A stretch of 64,000 bases of DNA from an uncultured Azospirillum sp. (GTDB lineage Bacteria > Pseudomonadota > Alphaproteobacteria > CACIAM-22H2), in the NCBI GenBank assembly GCA_964416335.1, contig CAYQDN010000004.1, positions 518 to 64,517 of the forward strand, in the 5' to 3' direction. How positions within the stretch are numbered: the stretch's first letter is position 1; the number at the start of each line of letters is the position of its first letter. The notes under the pieces were generated by a model, which did not search any database, was not told where the DNA came from, and saw only the letters and a list, made by a program, of their open reading frames with translations. Made by a program: the position numbers and the translations under genes. This document shows, in pieces, positions 26,338 to 36,073 of this stretch.

Positions 26338-27188
26338 CCGGCCCTGGCACTCCGCCGCATCGCGACGAGGCCGCAGGCGACGACGATGGCCGCCCCCGTC
26401 CAGGTCCAGAAGCCCGGCACGTCGCCATAGATGACGACGCCGAGCACCGTGGCAAACACCAGCATGAAGTAATTATAGGGCTGGAGCTCGCTGGCGGGGG
26501 CAAGGGCGAGGGCGCGCACGACGAAGATGTGCGCACCGGCACCCGCCATGCCGCCGATTATCAGCAGCAGCCAGCCCAGCGGGTCGGGCCATTGCCACTC
26601 GAACGTCGCGATCGTGCCGAGCAGCACGAGGCCGACGATGGGCGTGTGCAGCGTCGTCACGTCGGTCGAATCGAGTTTGCCGACGATGCGCGTGAGCACC
26701 TGGTAGACGCCCCACGTGATCGCCGCAACGACCGCCAGCCACATCGACGGGCCGAAATCCTCGAAGGCGGGGCCGACGACCAGCACCGCCCCCGCCATGC
26801 CGCCCACGACCAGCAGCCAGCCCACCGTGTCGACGCGCTCTTTCAGGAAGAAGTGGGAGAGGGCGGTGGCGAGCAGCGGGGCGGCCGCCGCGACCGCGTG
26901 CACGTCGGCCAGCGGCAGGTAGCGGAACGACGTCACGAACATCACCATCTCGAGCAGCAGGACGGCCGTGCGCAGTGCCTGCCACCACGGCGCCTTGCTC
27001 TCGAGCACCAGCCACGGGCCCCTGCGCGCGATCAGGCAGCCCATCGCGACGAAGAGGGCGAAGCGGATCGCCATGATCTGCGGCACGGCGAAGGTCTGCG
27101 TCAGCGTCTTGTTGATCGCGTCCATCGTCACGAACAACGCCATCGCACCCAGGAAATAGAGGATCGGCCGCAGCCTTGAAGCGGCCAC
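26334..27188 (-). CDS. DMT-superfamily (EamA-like) transporter
   Basis: ORF 26334..27188 (GTG start abutting the fhs stop). Ten predicted TM helices in a duplicated EamA arrangement. Confidence 0.75.
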   Translation of the reverse strand: MAASRLRPILYFLGAMALFVTMDAINKTLTQTFAVPQIMAIRFALFVAMGCLIARRGPWLVLESKAPWWQALRTAVLLLEMVMFVTSFRYLPLADVHAVAAAAPLLATALSHFFLKERVDTVGWLLVVGGMAGAVLVVGPAFEDFGPSMWLAVVAAITWGVYQVLTRIVGKLDSTDVTTLHTPIVGLVLLGTIATFEWQWPDPLGWLLLIIGGMAGAGAHIFVVRALALAPASELQPYNYFMLVFATVLGVVIYGDVPGFWTWTGAAIVVACGLVAMRRSARAG

Positions 27189-28847
27189 CTAGAAGATCCC
27201 GTCGATTTCGCCGTCGGCATCGAGGCCGATCGCCTCGGCGGCGGGCACGCGCGGCAGGCCGGGCATCGTCATCACGTCGCCCGCCAGCGCCACGACGAAG
27301 CCCGCCCCGGCCGACAGGCGGATCTCGCGCACCGGCACGTCGTGGCCCGTGGGGGCGCCGCGCAGCGCAGGGTCGGCGGCGAAGGAATACTGCGTCTTGG
27401 CCATGCAGACCGGGAACTTGCCGAAGCCGGCCGCTTCGAGCGCTTCGAGCCGCTTGGCCGCCGCAGGCGCGAAGCTGACCGAGCCTGCCCGATAGATCTC
27501 GCGCGCGATGGTTTCGATCTTCGCTTTCAGCTTCATGTCGTCGGGATAGAGCGGCCGGTACTTCGCCTCGCCGCGCGCGATCGTGGCGACGACTTCGTGC
27601 GCCAGTTCCTCGGCCCCCTTGCCGCCCTCGGCCCAGTGCTTGGCGCGGATCGCCTTCGTGCCCACCGCCGCACACGCCTTCTCGATCGCGGTCCATTCGG
27701 CGTCGGTGTCGGTCGTGAAGGCGTTGATGGCGACGAGCACCGGCAGGCCGAACTTGCGCAGGTTCTCGACATGGCGCGTGAGGTTGGCAAGGCCGCGCTC
27801 CACCGCCGCGACATCCTCGGGCCCGAGATTCTTGGCATCCGCCCCGCCCTGGAGCTTCAGCGCACGCACGGTGGCGACGATGACCGCAAGGTCGGGCGAC
27901 AGGCCCGCCTGCCGGCACTTGATGTCGAGGAATTTCTCGGCCCCCAGATCGGCGCCGAAGCCCGCTTCGGTCACCGTATAGTCGGCAAGGCCGAGGGCCG
28001 TCGTCGTCGCCAGCACCGAGTTGCAGCCGTGCGCGATGTTGGCGAACGGTCCGCCATGCACGAAGACCGGGTTGTTCTCCAGCGTCTGGACGAGGTTGGG
28101 CTTGAGGGCGTCCTTCAGGATCGCGGCCATCGCTCCCGACGCTTTCAGGTCGGAAGCCGTGATGCGCGTGCCGTCCTTCTGGTCGGCGACGACGATGCGC
28201 GCCAGCCGGGATTCCAGATCCTTGGCGTCCTTCGCCAGGCACAGGATCGCCATCACCTCGGATGCCGTCGTGATGTCGAAGCGCGTCTGCCGCATGAAGC
28301 CGTTGCCGGTTCCCATGCCCACGACGATGTCGCGAAGTGCGCGGTCGTTCATGTCCATCACGCGCGGCCAGGTCACGCGGCGCGGATCGATCGCGGGCGC
28401 CTTGCCCCAATAGGCGTGGTTGTCGACGAGGGCGGCGAGCAGGTTGTGCGCCGTCCCGATGGCGTGGATGTCGCCGGTGAAATGCAGGTTGATGTCGGCC
28501 ATCGGCACGATCTGCGCATAGCCGCCGCCGGTGGCCCCGCCCTTCTGCCCGAAGCAGGGGCCCAGCGACGGTTCGCGAAGGCAGATCGCCGTGCGCTTGC
28601 CGATGCGGCCCAGCGCATCGCCAAGCCCGATGGTCGTCGTCGTCTTGCCTTCGCCTGCCTTGGTCGGGTTGATCGCGGTGACGAGGATCAGCTTGCCGCG
28701 CTTGGCCGATTTCGGCAGGGCGGCAAGGTCGAGCTTCGCTTTCGTCTTGCCGTAATATTCGAGGGCGGATTCGGGAATGCCGAGTTTCGCCGCGACCGCC
28801 GGGAGCGGGGCGAGTTTCGCCTTTCGTGCGATCGCGATGTCGGACAT
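27189..28847 (-). CDS. fhs: Formate--tetrahydrofolate ligase
   Basis: ORF 27189..28847, full-length (552 aa). [16 protein letters not shown]-loop. Conserved [15 protein letters not shown] and [14 protein letters not shown] motifs. Confidence 0.9.
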   Translation of the reverse strand: MSDIAIARKAKLAPLPAVAAKLGIPESALEYYGKTKAKLDLAALPKSAKRGKLILVTAINPTKAGEGKTTTTIGLGDALGRIGKRTAICLREPSLGPCFGQKGGATGGGYAQIVPMADINLHFTGDIHAIGTAHNLLAALVDNHAYWGKAPAIDPRRVTWPRVMDMNDRALRDIVVGMGTGNGFMRQTRFDITTASEVMAILCLAKDAKDLESRLARIVVADQKDGTRITASDLKASGAMAAILKDALKPNLVQTLENNPVFVHGGPFANIAHGCNSVLATTTALGLADYTVTEAGFGADLGAEKFLDIKCRQAGLSPDLAVIVATVRALKLQGGADAKNLGPEDVAAVERGLANLTRHVENLRKFGLPVLVAINAFTTDTDAEWTAIEKACAAVGTKAIRAKHWAEGGKGAEELAHEVVATIARGEAKYRPLYPDDMKLKAKIETIAREIYRAGSVSFAPAAAKRLEALEAAGFGKFPVCMAKTQYSFAADPALRGAPTGHDVPVREIRLSAGAGFVVALAGDVMTMPGLPRVPAAEAIGLDADGEIDGIF

Positions 28848-28849
28848 GG

Positions 28850-30538
28850 CTAGCCTGCTGCCTGCGCCTGGCGCTTGAGGGAAGCTTCGCGGATGGCGGA
28901 GATGGTCGTGCGCGTGGTGATGAGTTCGGGGTCGGTCTTGAGTTCGATGACGGCGGGCTTCTTCGCGGCGACCGCACGGCGGAAGGCGGGGAGGAAATCC
29001 TCGGTCTTCTCGACCGTCTCGCCGTGGCAGCCCAGCGCGCGCGCGAACGCCGCGAAATCCGGGTTCACGAGATCCGTACCCACCACACGTCCGGGATGCT
29101 CGCGCTCCTGGTGCATGCGGATCGTGCCGTAGATGCGGTTGTTGAAGACGAGGATGATGGGGGCCCCGCCATGCTGGAGGGCCGTGGCGATCTCCTGCCC
29201 CGACATCATGAAGCCGCCGTCGCCCACGCAGCCGATGACGAGGCGGCCGGGATGGACGAGCGAGGCGGCGACGGCCGCCGGGACCGAATAGCCCATCGCA
29301 CCGGACGTGGGGCCGACGAAGCGCGCCGGGCGCTTGTACGTGAGATACCGGTGCGGCCAGCCGGTGTGGTTGCCGGCATCGACCGTCACGGTGAAGGCGT
29401 CGGGCAGTTCCTCGGCAAGGGCCCGCAACGCGCGGCCCATGTCGAGGGCCCCGTTATAAGGTGTGGGGACGAGGTTCGCCTCGTACTGCGTGCGCGCTTC
29501 CTTCGTCCAGCCCGCCCACGGATGCGCGGCCAGCGGCTTGAGCTTCGCGGCGGCCAGCGCGAACAGCGAGGCGTTGGCCTGGATCGCGAGATCGGCGTTG
29601 TAGACGCGGCCGGTCTCCTCGGCCGAGGCGTGCACGTGGATCAGCTTCTGGCGCGGGCGCGGCGAGTCCAGCAGCGTATAGCCCTGCGTCGTCATCTCGC
29701 CCATGCGCGCACCCACGACGAGCAGCAGGTCGGCATCCTTCGCGCGCTGGGCCAATGCGGGCGTGGTCACCGTGCCGTATTCGCCGACATAGCAGCGGCT
29801 GTCGTTGGGGAACGCGTCGATGCGCCGGAAGCCGGCGGTGACGGCGATGTCGTTGGCTTCGGCGAACTGGCGGAAGGCGAGGCCGGCGGCGTCGGTCCAG
29901 CCCGATCCGCCGAGCAAGGCGAGCGGGCGCTTGGCGGCTGCCAGCATCGTCAGCATGCGGTCGAGATCGGCGGGCGACGGGGCCGCATGCACCGGACGAT
30001 AGGGATCGGCGTCGGCGACCGTCGCCATGTCGGTCAGCATGTCCTCGGGCAAGGCGAGCACGACCGGGCCGGGGCGGCCCGACGTCGCCACGTGGAACGC
30101 GCGCGCCATGTATTCCGGGATGCGTTCGGCAAGGTCGATCTGGGCGGCCCACTTCGCGACGGGGCCGAACATCTGGCGATAGTCGATCTCCTGGAACGCC
30201 TCGCGGTCCATCATGTCGCGCCCGACCTGGCCCACCAGCAGGATCATCGGGGTGGAATCCTGATAGGCGGTGTGCACGCCGACGGCGGCCTGGCAGGCCC
30301 CGGGCCCGCGCGTGACCATCGCGATGCCGGGCTTGCCGGTCAGCTTGCCGTAGGCGTCGGCCATGTTGGCGGCCCCCGCCTCGTGGCGCGAATTGACGAG
30401 CTTGATCGACGGGCTGTCGTGCAACGCGTCGAGCACTTCGAGATAGCTTTCGCCCGGCACGCAGAACGCCATGTCGGCCCCGTGCACGAGAAGCTGGTCG
30501 ACCAGGATCCGTCCGCCGCTGCGTGCCTTCGATGCCAT
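28850..30538 (-). CDS. Thiamine-pyrophosphate-dependent enzyme (acetolactate synthase / oxalyl-CoA decarboxylase-like family)
   Basis: ORF 28850..30538. TPP-binding motif [11 protein letters not shown]...NN. N-terminal Pyr domain. Ends 2 nt before the fhs start. Confidence 0.8.
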   Translation of the reverse strand: MASKARSGGRILVDQLLVHGADMAFCVPGESYLEVLDALHDSPSIKLVNSRHEAGAANMADAYGKLTGKPGIAMVTRGPGACQAAVGVHTAYQDSTPMILLVGQVGRDMMDREAFQEIDYRQMFGPVAKWAAQIDLAERIPEYMARAFHVATSGRPGPVVLALPEDMLTDMATVADADPYRPVHAAPSPADLDRMLTMLAAAKRPLALLGGSGWTDAAGLAFRQFAEANDIAVTAGFRRIDAFPNDSRCYVGEYGTVTTPALAQRAKDADLLLVVGARMGEMTTQGYTLLDSPRPRQKLIHVHASAEETGRVYNADLAIQANASLFALAAAKLKPLAAHPWAGWTKEARTQYEANLVPTPYNGALDMGRALRALAEELPDAFTVTVDAGNHTGWPHRYLTYKRPARFVGPTSGAMGYSVPAAVAASLVHPGRLVIGCVGDGGFMMSGQEIATALQHGGAPIILVFNNRIYGTIRMHQEREHPGRVVGTDLVNPDFAAFARALGCHGETVEKTEDFLPAFRRAVAAKKPAVIELKTDPELITTRTTISAIREASLKRQAQAAG

Positions 30539-30645
30539 CTTCGATTCCCGTACGATTGAGCCAAAACGAGGCGCCAGTTAACGGCTGCGGGTGCACTTCG
30601 TCAATGGACGGGCCCCCGCGGCCCACGCTAGGCTGCGCCCGCATC

Positions 30646-31098
30646 ATGGACGACGTTCCGAAATGGATGTGGGAAGACGACCACAGCGCGTTCCGCGACC
30701 TGGTCGGTTACGGGCCCGTCGCGTGGCGCGAGTTCCACGCCGAACTCGCCCTCGATCTCGACGTGCGCCACCGCAACCGCTCGGGTATTGCACACGGCGG
30801 CGTCATCGCCACGCTGCTCGACGCCGCCGGCGGCTTCGCCGGCTGCTGGTGCCCCAATCCGGGGAACATAAGGCGCGCCTCCACGCTGTCGCTCAATTCG
30901 CAGTTCGTCGCACCCGCGCGCATCGGCCACCGCATCGTGGCCACGGGTACCGCACGCCCCGGCGGAAGGTCGATCTTCTTCGCGACGATGGAAATCGTCG
31001 ACGACGAAGGCAAGCTCGTCGCGACCGGCGAGGGTGTCTACAAATACCGCCCCGGCAGCGAGACCAGCGAAGGCGTGCCAAGGGACAAGGCGCCGTAG
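30646..31098 (+). CDS. PaaI/YbgC-type hotdog-fold thioesterase
   Basis: Within ORF 30523..31098. HRNRSGIAHGGVIATLLDAAGG (HGG motif). Alternative ATG at 30604. Confidence 0.7.
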   Translation: MDDVPKWMWEDDHSAFRDLVGYGPVAWREFHAELALDLDVRHRNRSGIAHGGVIATLLDAAGGFAGCWCPNPGNIRRASTLSLNSQFVAPARIGHRIVATGTARPGGRSIFFATMEIVDDEGKLVATGEGVYKYRPGSETSEGVPRDKAP

Positions 31099-31108
31099 CG
31101 GGACAGTC

Positions 31109-31642
31109 TCAGCTCTTCGCCAGCCCCAGCGCCCTGTCGATCGCGTCCGGATCGTTGGCGATCAGCCAGAGCGCGAGACGCGCGGCCGTATCGGGCCGTG
31201 CGCGTCCCTGTTCCCAGTTCTTGATCGTCGCGTCGGAAAAGCCGTAGCGCGCCGCGAACTCCGGCTGCGAGAGCCCGGTGCGCGCGCGAACCTCCGCCGG
31301 GACGATTTCGGGGGCCATCGGACGCACGACGCGAATGCCGAATGGCGCGAATGCGCCGCCGAGTGCCGTGTCGACTCCTGAAAGCGCCGTCGCCGCGCGG
31401 TGGAATTCGGCGATCCGGTTGAGAATCGAATGCGCCTCGCGCAGGGATACGGCGTGCGCCGTCAGCGCGTAAGCGAACTCGATGCGATGACCGTCGAACG
31501 CCTTGGGGTCCGCCAGTTCAAGCAGGACCGGAACGCGCGGACCGCCGATAACGGGTCGTTTTCGGGCGACGGCCGGGATTTGCCCCGGTCGTGCGAGTCG
31601 CGCCTTGAACAACGACAACTTCGACATCTGCCTTCTCCGCAA
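31109..31642 (-). CDS. HigA-2-like antitoxin (C-terminal XRE-type HTH); N-terminal extent uncertain
   Basis: C-terminal PAEVRARTGLSQPEFAARYGFSDATIKNWEQGRARPDTAARLALWLIANDPDAIDRAL matches the HigA-2/XRE antitoxin HTH. The N-terminal ~40 codons overlap the upstream toxin-like ORF in another frame. The only internal canonical start, GTG (VRPM), would leave just the HTH domain. Confidence 0.6.
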   Translation of the reverse strand: MRRRQMSKLSLFKARLARPGQIPAVARKRPVIGGPRVPVLLELADPKAFDGHRIEFAYALTAHAVSLREAHSILNRIAEFHRAATALSGVDTALGGAFAPFGIRVVRPMAPEIVPAEVRARTGLSQPEFAARYGFSDATIKNWEQGRARPDTAARLALWLIANDPDAIDRALGLAKS

Positions 31643-31841
31643 GAAATGCCATCACTCGTCTCAGCATGTCGGGCCCGACCTTGTTCGCACCCGGTCCTGC
31701 GACATGCAGCCCGATCAGGACAAGTTCCGCCGGCCGGAACTCGACTTCGGCGAAAAGCGTCAACGTCTTTCCGCCGATCTCGATTTCGAGCGTCACGAGA
31801 TTGTCGACGTCGAAAACGGCCGAGAACTTGGGATTCGCCAT
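31518..31841 (-). CDS. Putative HigB/Gp49 (RelE/ParE-superfamily)-like toxin, N-terminally short and possibly degenerate
   Basis: ORF 31518..31841. LEIEIGGKTLTLFAEVEFRPAELVLIGLHVAGP...DMLRRVMAFLAEKA resembles the ELRIxxGxxYRVYF...IVLLHVFxK...IxxAxxRL core of HigB/Gp49 toxins. TAA 2 codons upstream of the ATG. Arg-rich tail overlaps the antitoxin ORF. Confidence 0.4.
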   Translation of the reverse strand: MANPKFSAVFDVDNLVTLEIEIGGKTLTLFAEVEFRPAELVLIGLHVAGPGANKVGPDMLRRVMAFLAEKADVEVVVVQGATRTTGANPGRRPKTTRYRRSARSGPA

Positions 31842-31950
31842 CCTTATATCATATGCGCAACTTGCGTACTACATTCAAGCGGAGCAGGGGTGGTGCTCCG
31901 TTCCCGCGCCCCCTATAAACGGGGCTTCGCTTTTTCCCGCCGGAGCTTCC

Positions 31951-33105
31951 ATGTCCGTCCTGCCGCTGCGCGTCAAATCCTCCGCCCTGCTGGGCTCGCT
32001 GATCCGGGAGGTCTCAAAGGATTCGATGGATGCGCCCGGGCTGATCCCGCTGTGGTTCGGCGAGGGCTCGCGCTCGGCCCCGCCGGCCGTGGTCGCCGAG
32101 GCGCACAAGGCGATCGACCAGGGCTACCAGTTCTATTCGGCAAGTGCCGGGCGCGACGAATTGCGCGCGGCGATCGCGGCGTACGTGTCGAAGCTGCGCG
32201 GGATCAAGGTCGGGCCCGAGCGCATCGTCGTGACCACGTCGGGCAATTCGGCGATCCAGATGGCCCTGCAGCTGATCGTCGATCCGGGCGACAACGTGGT
32301 GTTCGCGGTCCCGCTGTGGCCGAATGCCGCCGACATGTGCGACCACCTCAACGGCGAGGTGCGGCGCGTGCCGCTCAAATGGGGCGACGCGGGCTGGTCG
32401 CTCGATCTCGAGCGGCTGTTCGCGGCATGCGACGGCCGGACCAAGGCGATCTTCCTCAACTCGCCCGGCAACCCGACGGGCTGGATGGCCACACCGGACG
32501 AGCTCAAGGCCGTGCTCGCCTTCTGCCGCAAGCGTGGCATCTGGGCGATCGGCGACGACGTCTACGAGCGCATCGTCTACGGGGCCGACCATTCGCCCTC
32601 GTTCCTCGATTTCGCGGGGCCGGAGGATGCGGTGATGAGCATCAATTCGTTCTCGAAGGGCTGGTGCATGACCGGCTGGCGGCTGGGCTGGCTCGTCGCC
32701 CCGGTCGCGGTCACCGACACGCTGGCCAAGATCATCGAGTTCAACACGTCGGGTGCCACCACCTTCGTGCAGCGCGCGGGCGTGGTCGCCCTGCAGCAGG
32801 AAGGCTTCGTGGCCGAGATCAAGGCCGAATACGCGCAGGCGCGCGACATCGCCTTCCAGCGCCTGTCGGCGATGGGAAGGGTGCGGCTGACCCGGCCGGA
32901 CGCCGCGTTCTACGCGTTTTTCGCGGTCGACGGGATGACGGACTCGGTGGAATACTGCAAGCGCATCGTCCGGGAGACGAAGGTGGGGCTCGCCCCCGGC
33001 CGCGCCTTCGGGCCCGAGGGCGAGGGCTTCATCCGCCTGTGCTTCGCCACCAGCCCGGCAAGGCTGAGCGAGGCGTTCGACCGGCTGGAGCCCCTGCTGC
33101 GTTAG
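31951..33105 (+). CDS. Pyridoxal-phosphate-dependent aminotransferase, class I/II (aspartate aminotransferase family)
   Basis: ATG 31951 with GGAG RBS, inside ORF 31666..33105. SFSKGWCMTGWRLGW (PLP-lysine SxSK) motif. NSPGNPTG motif. Confidence 0.8.
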   Translation: MSVLPLRVKSSALLGSLIREVSKDSMDAPGLIPLWFGEGSRSAPPAVVAEAHKAIDQGYQFYSASAGRDELRAAIAAYVSKLRGIKVGPERIVVTTSGNSAIQMALQLIVDPGDNVVFAVPLWPNAADMCDHLNGEVRRVPLKWGDAGWSLDLERLFAACDGRTKAIFLNSPGNPTGWMATPDELKAVLAFCRKRGIWAIGDDVYERIVYGADHSPSFLDFAGPEDAVMSINSFSKGWCMTGWRLGWLVAPVAVTDTLAKIIEFNTSGATTFVQRAGVVALQQEGFVAEIKAEYAQARDIAFQRLSAMGRVRLTRPDAAFYAFFAVDGMTDSVEYCKRIVRETKVGLAPGRAFGPEGEGFIRLCFATSPARLSEAFDRLEPLLR

Positions 33106-33122
33106 AAGGAACAAGTCCGAAG

Positions 33123-34013
33123 ATGACGTCACTTGTCGCGATCGACTGGGGTACGACCAACTGCCGCGCCTTCCGCATGGGGCCCGGCGGCGAGATCCTC
33201 GAAAAGCGCGCCAACGCGATGGGCATCCTTGCGGTCAAGAACGCGAATTTCGCCGGCGCGCTGATGGACCTCGCGCGCGACTGGATCGACGTGCCCACCG
33301 CCCCCGCCGTGCTGATGTGCGGCATGATCGGCTCGGCGCAGGGCTGGATCGAGGCACCTTATCTGCCGATCCCCGCCGGCGCCGACGACGTGGCGGGCCA
33401 GCTGGTCCTCGCCCCCGACGCGCGCCGCGAGATCCATGTGGTGCCGGGCCTGCGCGGCTCGGGCGCCGCCGGCCCCGACGTGATGCGCGGCGAGGAAACG
33501 CAGATCTTCGGGACGGGTATCGCGGACGGCCTCATCTGCCTGCCGGGGACCCATTCCAAATGGGCGCTGGTCGAGGGCGGGCGCATCGTGCGCTTCCTCA
33601 CCTTCATGACGGGCGAGGTGTTCGCCCTGCTGCGCCGCAATTCGATCCTCGGCCGCCTGATGGTCGACGCCCCGCACGATGCACCCGCCTACGCGCGCGG
33701 CCTCGTGCGCTGCCAGTCGGCGGGCGGGCTGCTGCACCAGCTCTTCACCGTGCGCACGGCGGGCCTGCTCGAGGGCATGAGCCGCGAGGCGGCCCCCAGC
33801 TTCCTTTCCGGCCTGCTGATCGGCCACGAGATTTCGGCGGTGAAGGAGATCCTGAAACCCACGCACGCGACGGTCGTGGGGGCGGGCAACCTTGCGCAGA
33901 ACTACGCGATCGCGATGAGCGTGGCCGGCATCGACACCGCCTTCATGCCCGGCGAGGACGCCGCGGCGCGCGGCCTTTTCCTGATCGCCAAGCGCGCCGG
34001 CCTGGTGAACTAG
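33123..34013 (+). CDS. dgoK: 2-dehydro-3-deoxygalactonokinase (DgoK) family sugar-acid kinase
   Basis: ATG 33123 with AAGGAA RBS. N-terminal LVAIDWGTTNCRAF matches the DgoK family signature. Confidence 0.7.
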   Translation: MTSLVAIDWGTTNCRAFRMGPGGEILEKRANAMGILAVKNANFAGALMDLARDWIDVPTAPAVLMCGMIGSAQGWIEAPYLPIPAGADDVAGQLVLAPDARREIHVVPGLRGSGAAGPDVMRGEETQIFGTGIADGLICLPGTHSKWALVEGGRIVRFLTFMTGEVFALLRRNSILGRLMVDAPHDAPAYARGLVRCQSAGGLLHQLFTVRTAGLLEGMSREAAPSFLSGLLIGHEISAVKEILKPTHATVVGAGNLAQNYAIAMSVAGIDTAFMPGEDAAARGLFLIAKRAGLVN

Positions 34014-34017
34014 CGCG

Positions 34018-35052
34018 ATGCGCATCCTCGTCCCCGACGCGCAGTTCCCGTCCGGCCCCGACATCGAGCGGATTGCGCTGCCGGAGGCCGAATTCCTGAT
34101 CCACCGCACGAACGACCCGATGCGGATCCCCGACGCGGTCTGGGCGAAGGCGGACGCCGTGCTCGTGAACCACGAGATGCAGGTCGACCGCGTGGTCGCC
34201 GCGAAACTTGCGCGCGCACGCCTGGTCGTGCGCTACGGGGCCGGCTTCGACAACATCGATCTGGCCGCCTGTGCCGAGCGCGGCATCGCCGTCTCGAACG
34301 TGCCGGACTACGGCACCGAGGAGGTCGCCAACCACGCCCTCGCCGGAATCCTGGCGCTGCGCCGCGGCCTGCCGACCTTCACCGAACTGCTTGCCGTCGA
34401 TCCGGTCGGCGGCTGGCGCTGGGACGCGGCCCCGCTGGTCAAGCGGCTGTCGATCCAGACGCTGGGCATCGTCGGGCTGGGCCGCATCGGCCGGGCCGCC
34501 GCCGCGCGCGCCAAGGCGTTCGGCTTCGATGTCGGCTATTTCGATCCCTATCTGCGCGCCGACGACCCGCGCGCCGTGCCCTATCTGCGCTTCGAGGATC
34601 TCTACGCGATGCTGGGCGAGGCGGACGTCGTCTCGATCCACTGCCCGCTGACGCGCGAGACGCACGGCCTGTTCGGCGAGGGGGCGCTCGCGCGCATGAA
34701 GAAGGGGGCGATCCTCGTCAACACCGCGCGCGGGGCGATCGTGGATACGGGTGCGCTGCTGAAGTCGATCGAGGCGGGGCACCTGGGCGGGGCGATGCTC
34801 GACGTGCTGCCGCAGGAGCCGCCCGATCCCGACGATCCGCTGGTCGCGGCCTACCGCGTGCCGCCCTCGTGGCTCGCCGGGCGCCTGATCCTCAGCCCGC
34901 ACGCGGCCTTCTACAGCCCCGAGAGCTTCTACGACCTGCGCTTCAAGGCGGCGGAGACCGCCGGCCTGTTCCTCAAGGAAAACCGGCTGCGCAACTGCGT
35001 GAACCACGGCCTGTTCGCCGCGGGCGCGCTGCCGGACAACGAAATCACATAA
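34018..35052 (+). CDS. D-isomer-specific 2-hydroxyacid dehydrogenase (CtBP-like), NAD-binding
   Basis: ORF 34018..35052. GIVGLGRIGRAAAARA Rossmann motif. Catalytic R/E/H context (NTARG, SPHAAF). Confidence 0.8.
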   Translation: MRILVPDAQFPSGPDIERIALPEAEFLIHRTNDPMRIPDAVWAKADAVLVNHEMQVDRVVAAKLARARLVVRYGAGFDNIDLAACAERGIAVSNVPDYGTEEVANHALAGILALRRGLPTFTELLAVDPVGGWRWDAAPLVKRLSIQTLGIVGLGRIGRAAAARAKAFGFDVGYFDPYLRADDPRAVPYLRFEDLYAMLGEADVVSIHCPLTRETHGLFGEGALARMKKGAILVNTARGAIVDTGALLKSIEAGHLGGAMLDVLPQEPPDPDDPLVAAYRVPPSWLAGRLILSPHAAFYSPESFYDLRFKAAETAGLFLKENRLRNCVNHGLFAAGALPDNEIT

Positions 35053-35065
35053 GGGAGATACGACG

Positions 35066-36046
35066 ATGCGTGTGGTCATAACGGGCGGGACGGGCATGCT
35101 CGGCAAGAAGCTGGCGGCCGAGATCCTGAAACGCGGGAGCCTTGCGGGCCGCGACGGCAAGGCGCATGCGGTGACGAAGGTCGTGCTGTTCGACGTGTCC
35201 GCCGGTTTCGACGTGCCCGCCGATCCGCGCATCGAGGTGCGCATCGGCGAGGTCGACCACAAGCCCACGATCGCCTCGCTCATCACGCCGGACACCGGGG
35301 CCGTCTTCCATCTCGCGGGCGTGGTCAGTGCCGGCGCCGAGCGCGACTTCGATCTCGGCTACCGCGTCAATCTCGACGGCACGCGCGTCGTGCTCGAGGC
35401 GTGCCGCGCGCTGCCGCAGCCCATCAAGCTCGTCTTCGCGTCGTCGCTGGCGGCCTATGGCGGCGACCTGCCCGACGTGATTCCCGACGATTTCCGTCCC
35501 ACGCCGCAGACCTCCTACGGCGGCCAGAAGGTGATGGGGGAACTGCTCTGCGCGGACTACGCCCGCAAGGGCTTCGTCGATGCGCGCGCCCTGCGCCTGC
35601 CGACGATCGTCGTGCGGCCGGGCAAGCCCAACCTCGCGGCGTCGACCTTCGCGTCCTCCATCATCCGCGAACCGCTGGCGGGGCTGCCCGCCGTCTGCCC
35701 GGTCGATCCGGCGTCGTGGATGCCGCTGCTGAGCCCGCGCCGCTGCGTCAACGCGTTCATCCACGCGCACGACCTGCCCGACACGGCATGGGGCTGGAAC
35801 CGGGCGCTGCTGCTTCCCTCGCTCGACGTGACCGTCAAGGATATCGGCGACGGGCTGAAGCGCGTCGCCGGCCAGAAGGCCTATGCCCTGATCGAGTGGA
35901 AGATCGATCCGATGATCCAGAAGATCGTGGCAGGCTGGCCCAAGCGCATGGCGGCCAAGCGTTCGCTCGCGATGGGCTTCACGGTCGACGCGTCGGTCGA
36001 CGAGCTCATCAACAACTACATCCACGACGACATGCCCAAGGCCTGA
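35066..36046 (+). CDS. NAD-dependent epimerase/dehydratase-family oxidoreductase (D-erythronate dehydrogenase DenD-like extended SDR)
   Basis: ORF 35066..36046. N-terminal VVITGGTGMLG. Catalytic TSYGGQK (YxxxK). Confidence 0.7.
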   Translation: MRVVITGGTGMLGKKLAAEILKRGSLAGRDGKAHAVTKVVLFDVSAGFDVPADPRIEVRIGEVDHKPTIASLITPDTGAVFHLAGVVSAGAERDFDLGYRVNLDGTRVVLEACRALPQPIKLVFASSLAAYGGDLPDVIPDDFRPTPQTSYGGQKVMGELLCADYARKGFVDARALRLPTIVVRPGKPNLAASTFASSIIREPLAGLPAVCPVDPASWMPLLSPRRCVNAFIHAHDLPDTAWGWNRALLLPSLDVTVKDIGDGLKRVAGQKAYALIEWKIDPMIQKIVAGWPKRMAAKRSLAMGFTVDASVDELINNYIHDDMPKA

Positions 36047-36073
36047 GATTTCCCCCGTAAGGAGAATGGAAAG

